Shown piece by piece: positions 34,501 through 48,800 of a stretch of 64,000 nucleotides of DNA (position 1 is its first letter; each line of letters opens with the position of its first letter). The notes below the pieces were generated by a model, which saw only the letters and a program-made list of their open reading frames with translations, was not told the DNA's origin and searched no databases. Made by a program: the position numbers and the translations under genes. Source of the DNA: Proteromonas lacertae (Eukaryota); contig NGBS01000871.1 in assembly GCA_002245135.1 (NCBI GenBank), forward strand, positions 372,001 to 436,000, in the 5' to 3' direction.

Positions 34501-37500
34501 CTCCTGTATATGCTGTTACTTGACAATTTGTTGCAATATCAGATTCTTCTGTTGCTAAACCTAATATTCTACCATATCTTGGATTGAATATTATACCATT
34601 TGGAAGAATACAATCTATTGAATAACTATCAATCCCACCATTTATTGTTGGAGTATAATTGCCATATGCTTGAGTATAGAAAGTCAAAATATTATTCATT
34701 CCATAAGTTAATGATGTTGCTTTTGTTGCTGAACAATGATTTTCTTCATTAAGGAATGCAGCACTATTAGTATTAGGTATTTTGTAACATAATCTTTCTT
34801 TATAACCATATTGTCCAGTTGGACATTTTACAAATGCTCTTTGGTTTGCTACTGTTTCTTTATATTCACCATCTGCTGAACATATTGCTGGTTTACATAT
34901 TTGAATATGCATTTCTGCAAGTCTTATATAATATTCATTATATTTCACTTTCATAGATAATACTTGAATTTTGTAAGCTTCAAATGATCTAATATTATTC
35001 TCCATTTCAAATATGAAATCTCTTCCTGCTGTAGTAGCAGTTATAACAGGAGTAAATTGTTTTATTTTCAACCATTCTGGATTATCTCTATTAAATGCAC
35101 CATATACTATTATATCATTTATCAAATACCAATCATATAAATAAAGACCATTTGGGTTTCTTAATAATAGAGTATTAAAGAATTCAGCAGTTCCAACTGG
35201 CCATTTGAATATTATTTCTCCTGGAAAATTGTAGTCGTGTAATATATCAGTACTATAATATGTTCCAGAACTCCAATCATAACCTAGCTCTAATGGATTA
35301 TAATAATTTGATGGAAATGTAGTTGATGCATCCATTGTTGGTTTAGATGAAGAAGATATCGTTCTTATCGAACAATCACCTTCTGAATCAGCAGCTAATA
35401 ATGGAGTTAATAAAACAGTTAATGGATCTTCATTTAATGATTTGGAATGTTTATGAACTTCTATGGCAAAATAGTTTGTTCCAGTTTGTAATAAATGTTT
35501 TCCTATTGTTATACTCATTAATCTTGGTGGACTGAATAATTCATTTGATGTAAGAGTTGTTGTAACACCAGTCATTGGTAAGTTTCTTCTATAGAATTCA
35601 TTTCCATTTAAATAACAAATTATACCAGCATCAAATCTCAATGATAATTGCAATTGAGCAACTGTTGATATTGAACTTGAATATTCAAATTTTGTTCTAT
35701 AATATGTTGTTACTGCAGTTCTTGAAGGATATACACTTCCTGATATTGTTTGCCAATTAAATGCGTTTGGAAGATATTCATTATACCAGCCACTTGATGG
35801 TTGAATACTTGACACTTGCCATTCAGATTTCTTATCTATCAATGTATTTAATGATATTAATTTTGGTAATGTAGGTTTATCATATTCTAATTTTAATGAC
35901 ATTAAATTAATCCCTTCAACTAATACTGTTACAGAAGTACCATCACTCCAATGTCTGCTACTTGTACTTCCTAAAGTAAACATATAAGCACCACTATCTT
36001 CACAGAATGAATATGTTCTTTCAGTATTATCGTTTAGAATAGCTAAATCTAATAAATTAACATCTGAAGTTTGTTGCTTGAATTGAATTATTTTATCACT
36101 GGCTGATGTTCCTGCTTTTACTGTTACTCCAATTAACATTTTAGCACAAGCTGTTGCTGATAAGGTTAATGGATATGGTGTTCCTTTCTCACCTTTATTA
36201 TTAATTGGAGTTATTGATAATGTTAATGGATTACTTGAAAGTGTTCCTTTTATCACACCTGTTGTTGTATCAAATGATAATGTTTCTGGTAATTCACCTG
36301 AACTGATTTCAAAACTTGTAGCTGGAGTGGTTAATGTTGGATAGAATGAATAATATATTCCAGCGATTAATGGAGTTGGTTGGGAATAACTAAATATTGT
36401 TGATGATCCACTAACTGCCGATACTGTAAATGGATAATTTACAGTATCGCTTCCATCTTTCCATTCACCCATTCTTAACAATTCACCTTCAATATAAACA
36501 CTATATGTTCCTCCTGATTTAGCTGCACTGGTTATTGTTAATGTAGCTATACCAGTTGGCAAACACTTTGATTCTTTTCCTGTTGCGTAATCATTATATG
36601 AGCCTGATGCAATATTAACGAATGAAGCAGAAGCTGAATCAACTATAGTAATACCAACTTGTTTATTTCCTAATTCAAATGAAAAACTAACATACACTTT
36701 TCCATCTGCACATCCACCTATAGTAATCTGTACATCAACTTCTATTGAACCAGATGGATTACTACATTTTACTTTAATTGTACCTTCAAATGAATGACTT
36801 GGTATTCCTGTTATTGCACCTGTCATGGCATTCAGTTCTAAACCAACGGGTAATTTATCTTTTGTTGAATACCTCACATTTTCACCAGATCCTAATGTTG
36901 GAGTATTATCTTTCATTATTACACCAACAGTTCCAGTTATTGGAGTGTATGTTAAATTCATTGGTGGACTATAAGGATTTACTACTATTGATAATGCATA
37001 ACTTAATGTTGATCCATCTGTATGTGTTGTTGTTACTGTATATAATGATGTTAATGCTGCTTTCTTTGGAGTACCAGATATTACACCAGATTTAGTATTA
37101 AGATTTATACCTTTTGGTAATGGTGGTTCTACATAGAAACTAGTATAAGAATCTTTTGATACTTGGAAGAATACTGGAGAATTATCAGCTATTTTCACAT
37201 TCACTGTATAAGTTGCAACACTGTATTCATATGAAAATGAGGAACTTTCTATATGATATAAATTAGCTACAGGCAATTCTGTTTTGGGAATTATTTTACT
37301 TCCATATAGTTTTTCCCATTGAATACTAATAGCAGTCATAGCATTCAATTCAGTTTTCCAAAAATTTACTTGAATTGGATTTAAACCAGCTTCTAATCTA
37401 ACTACACCTATTCCACTACTGAATGCACAACTTTGTAATGGAGTTATGATATTACCATTTATATCGAATCTAACACCATCCATTCCACTCACTGTAAAGG

Positions 37501-40500
37501 TATAACTTCCTTCTTCTGGAACATCTAAATAACCAACCCATTTAGCTGCAAATTGAAGAGAAAATTCACCTGATAATCCTGTCCAAATCTCAGTTGATGC
37601 TGCATGATAATAAGTTGGAATTGTTCTTTGATATTTCAACGAAAAACCACCTGAATCAACATCAATATAATTACATCCTAAATAATTACTGTATGTATAA
37701 TAACTTCCAGTTAAGCCACTTAACAAATTATCTTTTGATAAATTCACTATGGTTATATAAATTGATGTTTCAATTGTTGTTGTATAACTTTCACATTTGA
37801 ATGTGTATTTTGTTCTTTTAGAAGCTGTTGTTGGTGTTCCTGTTATTATAGCATTATCAAACACTAAACCATCTGGTAATGTATCTTTAGATATAAATTG
37901 AATGAAATTACCTTGAACATCTGGTACAATTCTTCCTATATCAACACCAATTATAAATACATAATCATTTGATGGATATGAATATACTGTAAGTAATTCT
38001 GGTGTATGAAACAATACAGAATCTGGAACATATTCAAAATCTGTAGCACCTGGTAGTTTCCATTGTAACATCATTATATGATCATTAATTCCTTGGTAAT
38101 AATATAAACCAAATGGATGAGTTCCAGCTGACAATTGCTTTGTAAACGTTACAATTTCATTCCAGACATTATTTTTAGATACAATTGTGTCAAATGTATC
38201 AAAAAATATAGCAGCTCTATCATCACCTCTAAGTTTAAATTCATAACTTCCAGTTACATTCAATACAATATATCCTTTCCATTGAGCACAATAATATTTT
38301 GATCTTTTTACACTTGAACCAAATGTACATTCATCTTGTTTTACATTCCAGTTTGATAAATCTGTTGGACTATCAGCCCACTCATATTCGATTGTTCCAT
38401 CATCTAAACCTCTCCATATTGCAAATATATCTGATGGAGGATCTCCATACACTTCTTTTGTATATTTACCAAATAATTTAGGAGTTAATATAACATTAAA
38501 CACATTTATCTTTACATTGAATGTAATACTATTTACTGGATTGGAGGCTGTAATCTTTGTTGTGTAGTTGTGGACTGTGTTTGGAATACCTTTTATTATA
38601 CCATCTTTAGATATTGTTAAACCATCTGGTAAAGATGAAGCTGTGAAATTTTGAACTTCAAAATTACAAGTTGGAGCAGATAGACTTATTTGAGTATCTT
38701 TAACTACATTTATATCACCAACAAAAACATATGAGCATTTTGTTAATTTTCCCCAAACTGTTATATGAATTTCAACATTAAAATAACCTCCTGTTGCAGA
38801 TTTGAACTTGACTGTATAAATATTCTTTCTTAAAGGAGAAGTTGGACTTCCAGTTATAGCACCAGTTTGTTCATTAAATGTTAATCCAGTTGGTAAACCT
38901 GAATCAATTTCAGCTGCAATTGAAGCAGCTCCACTACTACTACATGTAGGAGTCATTGTTGTTGTTACATCAGTATATAAACCCAATACATATTCTGATT
39001 GAGGATATGAACAATCTGGAGCGTCACCTAAATCACAATTAGATAAATCCCATGCATCCCAAGATGGTGGATTTGTAGCCAAACAGACTCTAGTCTTTGT
39101 ACCACTATAACCTTTATCACATTTTGTAGTTAACATCTCATTAACTGGCGTTTCTGGGAATGTATCAAATGCTGGACAAGATGGTAATGCTGTTTCTAAT
39201 TCTATTGATGCTGTTATACTTCCAATTCCTTCATATGTATCACCTATAATTTGATATGTTTTACTTGGATTAATTGTGTCAGAGATAAATCCTGAAATAA
39301 TGCCTGTTGTTGAATCTATTGATAAATCACTAGGTAGTGAAGGATTTGTTCTAAAATTAATTATTGTTCCTTTCATTGTTGGTATTATTGGAGTAATAAA
39401 TTGATTTACTTTTAAAAGAGCAACTTCTGGATATGTCAAAGATGGTTGAACAGAATTACATCCACTTAAATCAATAGCTCCCCAAGTTCCATCATCATTA
39501 CACGTTCTTCTCATAATTCCTGCAACTCCATTTGTACAAATAGCCATTGCTGTTGAACCTGATTTGGTAGTTGGGAATGGATTACTTGCAGGACATAACA
39601 ATACACTACAAACAGCTGGATAGAAATCAGAGAATGACATTCGATAGTCTCTTACACAACGTTGTGTGTAAGTATATTTCACTCTTTCATTATGAAATTT
39701 AATATATTGAAATGCCATTTTAGGTGCATTTAAAGCTTCAAATTTTACAGAAACTTGTCTACCAGTCCAAGCATATTCTGCAGTCTCTGCACCAGGCAAT
39801 GCATTATCATTATCAACTCTATCTATTTCAACCCAAACATCGCTTGAAGTTCCTGTATATGTGTTTGTGCCATATATTGTCCATGCAGCTGGATCACGAT
39901 TTACACAATCATTAGCTGTTACAATAAAATATGTATTAAAATATATAGCTTTTGTTAATTTTAAAACAAGATCTGCAACTCCTCCATTAGTGGTTCTTAA
40001 ACCTTTTGTATTTTTATTTACATCAAAATAATAAGCGGAACATTCTGGACATGTATAATCTGTAGCTGTTGGCGCTGTTGAATCATATATAAGTTCAACA
40101 TCTGCATTATTTGATACTGTCCCACTATACATTGTTTCACATCCTGAACCTGAATTACCAATCATTGCCATTCTTACTTGGAATGGATCAGATGCTGCTG
40201 TTGTAGTAGGTGCTTTATGAGTTTCAAATGCTATATAATTTTCACTGTTTGCAATTAATAATGAAGTAACAGCTACAATATTAAAATCTTTACCACCTTC
40301 TGTTCCACTTGTAGCTTGTGTTTGGTCAGTTACTGCTCCTTCTGGCATGTTGATTCTATAAAATTCTACACCATTTATATATCCAATTAAACCACCATCA
40401 CTTCTTACTTTTATTGAGAAACTAGAATATTCTTCTAAACTAGCCATTGTGATTGTAGTTCTATAATACATTGATATACTTGATCTTTGAAAACTACCTG

Positions 40501-43500
40501 GTTTGGCTTTTGACCATCCTTTTTGACCAATTGCATTCCAATTTTGAGCAAATGTGTCACTATATTCCCAATCATGAGCTGTTGGTATTTCAATTGATAA
40601 TACTGCTGTATATAAAGCTTCATCTCCACCTTTGAATGATAAAGTAGACATAAGCTCATCACGATTTTGAACTATTACATAACTATTTGAATCCCAAGCT
40701 ACTCTATCAGTACTACCATAATATATTGAATATGAACCTTTCAGTATACATTCTGAATAAGTGGTTCTTGAATATGGTTTTACTCCTTTGACTGAATATG
40801 TTTCATTACCAAAACTATCAACTACTCTTAATGACATTTCTCCTGAACTTAATCCTCCATTAATTGTTATTCTAAATAACACATGATTCTCTGCACATCC
40901 TACTGTATGAGTGTAAATAATTGTAACTGGAGAACTTAAGACTTGACCATTTTTAGCTGTTATTGAAATTGTACCACTTGCTTTATCAACTTCACCAACT
41001 GTTCCATATATCAATCCAGTTGTACTATTCAAAGATAAACCAGGTGGAAGTTCAGTTGCTGAAAATTCTGTTACTGCATTTGATAATATCTCTGGATATA
41101 ATTCATAATATTCACCTGTTACTATTGATATACTTCCACTTCCATATGCAATTTTTGGAATTCCATCAACATTTTTAAGATTCAATGTAATTATTGTCAT
41201 TTGAGTATTTGACCATTTTCCATATTTTAACATTTTCTTTCCTTCTTGACTAATGATATATGTTCCTACCCTTCCTTGTCTTTGTGTAAATGTCACTGTT
41301 ATAGTTTCAGTTGGAATACATTTTGAAAAACTGTAGTAAGTGTCATCTTGATGATTATCTTGAGAATATATTCTACTAGAAAAAGCATCAGTTATTAAAA
41401 CTGTAAAATCTCTTCCATAACCAGTAATATAAGCAAATTGTAAAAAATAAGAACCTTCATTACAACGACTAATTGTTATTGTCACACTTCCATCCTTACT
41501 ACCTAATGCATTTGTCGCTGTTACTTTAATCACTCGATTTGTTACTGATTCTGTTGGTTTTCCAGATATTACACCAGTAATGGAATTAATTGATAAACCA
41601 CTTGGTAATTCACCTTCACTGATTTGAACAGTATAATAATTACCATCTATTACTGGAGTTATTTCTAAATATGTATCTAATGCACCTGTTACTATTGGAG
41701 GGTTGAATGTAACTGATGTAATTTCTTGATATGATTTGTAGGATAATGTCATTCTACTTTGTAATTTCACATTTTGAGATGCTTCTGCTATTATGGTAAA
41801 GAATGTCGGTTCTAATGATTCTTCATCTGCTGTTATAGTTCCAGAAATACATCCTTTAGTTGCTGCATCTTCACTAATTATTAATCCAGCAGGTAATTCA
41901 GGAGAAGATGAAAACTTCACAAATACACTTGTATCACTCATTCCTTGATAAATTGGACAGTTTTGTGGTATTGCAACATTCTTTATATATTCGGCAGTTT
42001 CATAATTGTAACTGAATGAATATCTTGGCATACGTAAGAAATAAGCATCAGGAATTGGCGTATTTGCAATTCCAGCAGTTGTACATTCCCATTGAAGCTG
42101 AATACTCTTTAAGGCGTTTCCAGTTGATTTCCAATAGGTTATTTCTATATCATTAAAACCAGTGACTAAATTAACAGTTCCTGTAACATAAAACATGCCA
42201 TTGTTACCACAACCAGATGTTTGAATTACTATTTTATTACCTATTTTGATTCTAATACCACCGTATGTTGTTGATGTTATTGTATAACTGCCACTAACAT
42301 CAGCTTTTAATACACCAGTCCAAACAACAGTAAATTGATTAATAAAATCACCACTTAAGCCTTCCCATGCTGCTGCACTAAATCCTTTAGGTAATACTTT
42401 ATCAAATCTTCTAAACTTCAAAGTATCATAAAATGAAGAGATTTCACGATAATCACATTCTCTCTCTGGTGATGAATAATACAAACCATCTAAACCAGCA
42501 GCCATATTAGCTGCTGAATTTTCTAATACTTGAATAGTAATAAAATTTGTTATTGTATAAGATGAATCCCAATTCTTCATTGAGAGTGCATATGGTTGAG
42601 CAACAGCTATCTCAGTTGGTTTTCCACTTATCTTACCCCAATTATCCATTCCTAAACCTTTTGGTAAATCAGGAACTGATGATAATTCATTCATTAAACC
42701 TGTTACAACTGGTGTTAGAGTTTGTTCCTCACCTTTAATCATTAACATATCTAAAGTTCTCCATTCAACATATTGTAATGGCGGAGGCATGGCTTTTGCA
42801 CCATTTGCAGTTGACATTACTGAGACTTCACTTTCTCCAGCTCTTTTCCATTTTACATAAAATGTACCTGAATTCTCCAAATTCTTTCCTATAAAGCTAA
42901 TGAAATGAGTTCCTCTAGACAATGTTTCTGTTGAGGTAAGCTTTTCATTCCAAATAGTACCATATTTCCATACTCTATTCATATTATCAAGATATACCCA
43001 TGCTCTATCATCTATATTTATCTCAAAATATATTTCTTCTGTTTCTTCAGTTACTTCAAAAGCTACAGTAAAAAAATAATGCAATTGCGCTGTCTTTAGG
43101 TTTGGTCCACATTGAATAGTATTTCCTCCACATTCATATTGAGCTGTATTTAGCTTCATTGAGTAAAAAACAACTTCTCCATTTAATATACTATTCACAA
43201 TGTCTTGTTTTATATCATCTCCTCTATCTGAAGTTTCTATAAAAGACAGAGGAAGCATTGAAGGAAATTCAGCAAATCCAACTGTTTTCAAGTTTAAAAC
43301 AATGCTAGTACCAGATAAACTTATAACCATATTATAAGTCGTTGCTACACCAGTAGCTACTCCAGATATTAAACCACTTGATGGATTTAATGAATAACCA
43401 GGAGGTAAAGTTGACGTGGTTGTGAATGTTCCAACGACTTTTTGTTCACATTTAGGTGGTTGAATGATGTAAAACTGACCTAAAGGAACTGGAATGAATG

Positions 43501-43614
43501 ATGTAGTGCCATAACTACAGATCTGATACTGTGCATGGCAAGATAATAGTGCTAAGATTGATATAATTTAAGAATTATACATATAACAATAAGCAAAACA
43601 GACTTACAGATCAT
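31565..43614 (-). CDS. ~4000-aa type I cell-surface protein: signal peptide, many He_PIG (putative Ig) repeats, four PA14-like domains, galactose-binding/discoidin-like domains, Cys-rich sushi/hormone-receptor-like modules, TM helix, basic then acidic tail; intron 43552-43580
   Basis: Spliced N-terminus MICKSVLLIVISLLSCHA-QYQ; repeated LPxGLxxxxxTGxISGTP; PA14-type WxGYxxxxxxGSYxF; CPxGYxGxxxRxCxxxxxPxW modules; TM AIVGGVFGGIFGFLIIAVIIIFFL. Confidence 0.88.
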
Positions 43615-44045
43615 TTCAAAGTTATATCTTTTTATTGATGACGAGCTTAGAATAGATCCTTCTAGAACATTTTTTGTAATTAGTGACGTGGCACTGCTTC
43701 AGCACTTCAGATAAAATAAAATCTTAAATATGCTGATTTTACGCTTTGTATCATTTCTGTACTAACTCTTTGATAAATTACTGAATTAATTCCCCAAAAA
43801 ATAGTGATTTTACGTTTATATAATGGCATATTAAATCATTCTTTGTTTATTTTCTTTTTGATGGGAAAATAATCAAATAATTCAGTGAAGAAGGATAAAT
43901 AGCTTTTGCAGCTGTTTGTTACTGGCATTAATGACTTTAGTAAAATTATTGGACTAAAGAAATGTCTTTTTTATGTATCAGGTATAGTTAATTAACTATT
44001 TCTAAATTAAAATACACATATATTAGAATAGTGATAAAATTCATA

Positions 44046-45704
44046 TTAAATTAATACATTCTTCAAATTATCATCACCATTTTCTCTTCTTCTAAATATG
44101 TACAAATAAATATAAATATTATATACTTATGATCTTCAGTATAACTTCCTTCAGTTGTCCATTGCATACTATCACTCAATTTACCTTTATTCTCATTCCA
44201 TCGAAGTTCAGTTTGAAGTGTAGAAAACCATTCATTATTTATACCACCTTTTTGATTTTTTTCATCCTGATTACTAATTGAAGAAAGTGGATAACTAGAC
44301 ACAGATATATAAATACAATCACCACGATGTAATTCACAACATTGTTTACCATCAGATATTAACAGTGCTTCACCTCTTGCTTTGGATGGTATATCTATTC
44401 TTAACGAAACAGGATCAGGTAAAATCATAGGTCTGAATGAAAGACTATGTGGACATATGGGTGTCAATAGCATTCCTGGAACAGCAGGATGAACCATACT
44501 GCCACCAGCAGAAACAGAATAAGCAGTTGAACCAGTGGGTGTTGCTATAATAATACCATCTGCAAATATTTTTGTAACTTTTTGGTCATAGAGAAAGCAG
44601 TCTAAATCTACCATTGTTGTTCCTTTTCTTTGTATTGTAAAATCATTTAGACATAAGAAAGTTTCACTTACACCTTCTATGTCATATGCTGAACTATTTC
44701 TTTCAGTGGGTGATGGTGATGGTGATGGTAATAATAGATCATCGTTTAATGATATATTCAAACCAGACTAGTATATAAATATAATAAAAAGAAAATTAAT
44801 AATATATATAAAACAATTAAGAAATATAAAATATAAAATATAAATTATATACAAAATCTATTGTATCACTTCTAATAGTTGGAGGTATTGCCCTATTCTC
44901 ATTTCTTACCACTTGTGCTAATAACCTCGTTCTCAATGTTATACAAACTGATTCATGTAATGTATATTCTATTGCTCTAATATAATCTTTAACATTATAA
45001 GGAGTTAGAAAACCACCAACAGAAGAAGTACAAAATCCTAATACTGGAGGACAATGTTCTGGAAATAAAGAAGATAAGTGACAAAGAGTACTATCTCCAC
45101 CTATTGTTATGGAGAAATCAATTAAATGTGCTAATTGTGAACCATCTTCATAAGTATGGAACATATGTAACTCTTCGTATTTTTCTGGTATTATATACAC
45201 TGTTACACCTTTACTTTCTAAATATCTACCTATTTTTATAAAATTATCGTTTGAATTTCCTCTTCTTGTTTTTTGAAATAACAACACAGTTTTTGGCTGT
45301 CCTTTCCATCTTAGTTTAACTGCAGTATAAGATTTATGTGACATATATATTAATGTTCCGGTCAATATGGTAGTTTCACTAGATTCATTAGAACCACATT
45401 GTACTAAACTGAATTGAGATTTTGGGACTGTAGGAGTTGTATTACTACGTTCAGGAGAGTCTGAAAGATTGTCTATTGAGTTATTCTGCTTATCCAACTT
45501 ATTCTTCCATGCATCCCTTTCTTGTCTAACTCTTTTTTCTACATAACGCAGACGTTGTATTCTTGTATTTATTTCTTGAATTTGGTTCTTTAAATCTTCT
45601 TCAGAGTTACATTCATTCTTCCATTCTGGTTTAAATGGTTCTACTTCATCTCTAGGTGTACTTACCATAGGAGATATAGATTTATCATGGGGAGGGCTTA
45701 ACAT
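44046..45704 (-). CDS. NADK: NAD(+)/NADH kinase with N-terminal coiled-coil extension; introns 44768-44852 and ~44092-44126
   Basis: DFSITIGGDSTL, CLNDFTIQR, ADGIIIATPTGSTAYSVSAGG, LLTPICPHSLSFRP and WFSTLQTELRWN. The likely ATG is 45704; the TTG start at 45734 is an ORF-caller artefact. Confidence 0.92.
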
Positions 45705-45827
45705 TATTATGATTTTTAATTTTGGGGGTTTCAAATTTTAATGAAAAATATTCTCAAAAACCATAAGATATAAAAAAACCTATATACAACATTGAATGCA
45801 AAAATAAAATAATATTAATGTAATAAT

Positions 45828-48800
45828 TTAGTTATCTGACTTGTCATTTTCTTTCAATTCTTCATTAGGAGTTCCATCGTTACTATTAAACTCCAGCGAC
45901 TTTACATCAGCTTCAGTGTCATTCTTTTCTATCCAAGTCTCAAATAAGGGATCTTGATGATTAATCTCTTTTTCAGGATCTGCTTCAGATAAAAGGTACA
46001 AAATAATTTCTTTCATATTCTCTAAATCAGAAGGTTGTGTATTTTCATCTTTTGATTTTTCTAAGTATATATCTTCTGCAAATTGAATGGCATTTCCTCC
46101 TGTTAGTTGATATGTCATATGTAAAAATCGTTTCTATTCATATATTATCATAAAAAAAATAAATAATACTGCTCCAGCTTCCATAATCATCTTAATACAT
46201 TCTAAATTCTCACCTTTAACAGCATAATACAACACATTATATTTATCATAATTCAAAGCACAAGAATCAGCTTTATTTCTCAACAATACTTCCACTACTT
46301 CTGAATATCCCTTCAAACAACTGATCATCAAAGGACTCATGTCAGAAGTCTTACAGAATTGATTTGGTTGAATTCCTTTCACTTCTAACAGTGAATCTAT
46401 TATTTCAGGCTTGTTTAATTTACAGGCTATATAGAGTAAACTGCCTTCAAAATCCATTCCCTATTTGAAATATATAAAATAATATATATAACAATATACA
46501 TGATAAACTCCAACTCCAGATATATTTGGATCTGGCATTGCTTGTGCCAATTTCATTATAATTTCGTTACTATAATTCTTATACAAAGCAATATGAGCTG
46601 GTGGTGGTGAACAAGATGGTGTATATAAAATACAATTATTATCAATAAAACTCCAACCTAAATATTCATCATTCAATAAAGCAAAATGTAAAGGTGAAAA
46701 ATTAAAAATATTATCAGTTTCTGTGTCTTTTTCTTGACAAATTGCATTTACATTTGCTCCAGCTTTGATTAATGAAGTAATCATCTTATATGCAAGTGTA
46801 GGTGATGTAATATAACAAGCATTGTGTAAAACTGTTTTTCCACCATCCAACACACTTTTTACACCATCATTAGTTAAACCTAATAAATATTCACATAATT
46901 TATATTTTCCCAACCATCGCTTATTCTCATCATCACATTTTACACACCACTGTGGCATGTTTTCATCTTTGTATCTATCTGGTAGTGGTATTCTTCCTAT
47001 TACTAAATGAAGAGGTAATATTCCACTGGATGTGATATAAGTGGATAGTTTTGAATCTGATAATGGTTGTAATATGATTTCTCTTGGAGATCTCAAATTC
47101 TATATATAATATACTATAATATATATATTATACTCTATATTTATATTCAAATATTTCAGCTATTTCATGTTCTTTCTTTTCCTCTTGAGTTAATCCCAAA
47201 TTAGAATTATCATAAACAGGAGTAAATACTCCTCTCTTTTCACCATTCTTTACTAATATCTTTACAATATCAACAATATCATTCTCATCACCAGTTTTAC
47301 CTACAATTCTTCCAAAACAAGCACAATGAATGGGTAAATAATGATCAACATCTTGAATATTCACATCTGCACCATAATCTAATAACAATTTAATAACAGG
47401 AACATGTCCTAGACTTAACGCATAATGTAAAGGTGTACAACCGTATTTATCCACTTTATTTATCTTAGCACCACAATCAATCAATTCTTTTACTGTATCT
47501 GTTAGTATTGTTGGTGGATTATTTGATTCTTTACCTTCTGTATTGATTATACCATTACTTATCCATTTTAATCTTGTATTGAGTGTAACTCCTTTTATTA
47601 GCATATGAAGTGGGAATAATCCATCAGAATCAGCTACATTTGGATCAGCACCAGCTTTTAATAATGTTAATACCATTCTTGAATTACCAGTAATGGATGG
47701 AATATTACTATCTTCAACACCTTCAAAATGTTTGATTTGTAAATCTTCTACGGATTGATTATCTGGAGAAACAATGGAGAATTTGATCAACGGATCTCCA
47801 CTAACAGTTACACTATTAACATCAGCTTTACCTTCATTGATTAATATATCAACAATATTATCATAACCTAACGATAAAGCAGTCATTAATGGACTAACAC
47901 CAGTTTTATCACTAATTGAAACATTACCATGATTTTGTATCAATAACTTCACTAATTCTTCATTTCCTAAGTTTACAGCACAATGTAATGGAGTAGATTC
48001 TGGAATATTCCATACTTCATATTCTTTCACTTTATTTAAAACAATTGTCCAATCATCTTCCATTGGGCCAAATACACCAGCTGGGAATGATGGTTTTTGT
48101 AATGAAGATGGTGATATTAATGAACCATCTAAATTGTCTTTACCTTTTTGACTGGTTTGCCTTGCTGTTGCTGGTTTTGAATTCCTTTTTTGTTTTTTAT
48201 TCCCTGTATCAGCAGGTTCTGCTTCTACTTGTTTCAATGTCTCTGGTGGATTTGCTTTTAGTTCTGTTTTATGTACACCTCTTGTGATTAAATATATTGC
48301 ATTTCTTTTAACTCTTTCTAAAAATCCATCAACATCGTCTATTTGAATATTTGCATATTTCAAAGGTCTATAATCTAATATGGATATGAAATAATTCAAT
48401 ATTCCATCATCTAATATTTTGTATGTAATATTATCTTTCATATACAATAATAATGCATCTTCTTTATCATCACATACACAAAGTGGTTCAAATAAATTCA
48501 ATGCTTTTATTAAATAGTCAATCTTATTACAAGGATTCTTAAATAATCTTGTAATTACATTTAATACATTAGACATTGTATTTCCTTGTACTGTACTCAA
48601 TTCAACCAATTGTTTTGCATAATTTTCATTCAATTCATCACATTGTCTTTGATACTCAGCATCAATCTGAGCTTTTTCTTCCTCAGTATATTTCTTAGGA
48701 TAAACCAATTCAGGTTTATTTTCTATTGTTGGTACTTCCACAGCTTGATGATTCAAATTATACATCACGAACAATATTCCATCAGGTAATAAAATCATCT

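Noticed and set aside
31996..42738. Numerous plus-strand 60-160 aa ORFs
   Set aside because: Antisense shadows of the 12-kb minus-strand exon, with no recognisable motifs.
43635..43736. Possible C/D box snoRNA (TGATGA ... CTGA)
   Set aside because: No terminal stem or recognisable rRNA-complementary guide; such boxes occur often by chance in AT-rich DNA.
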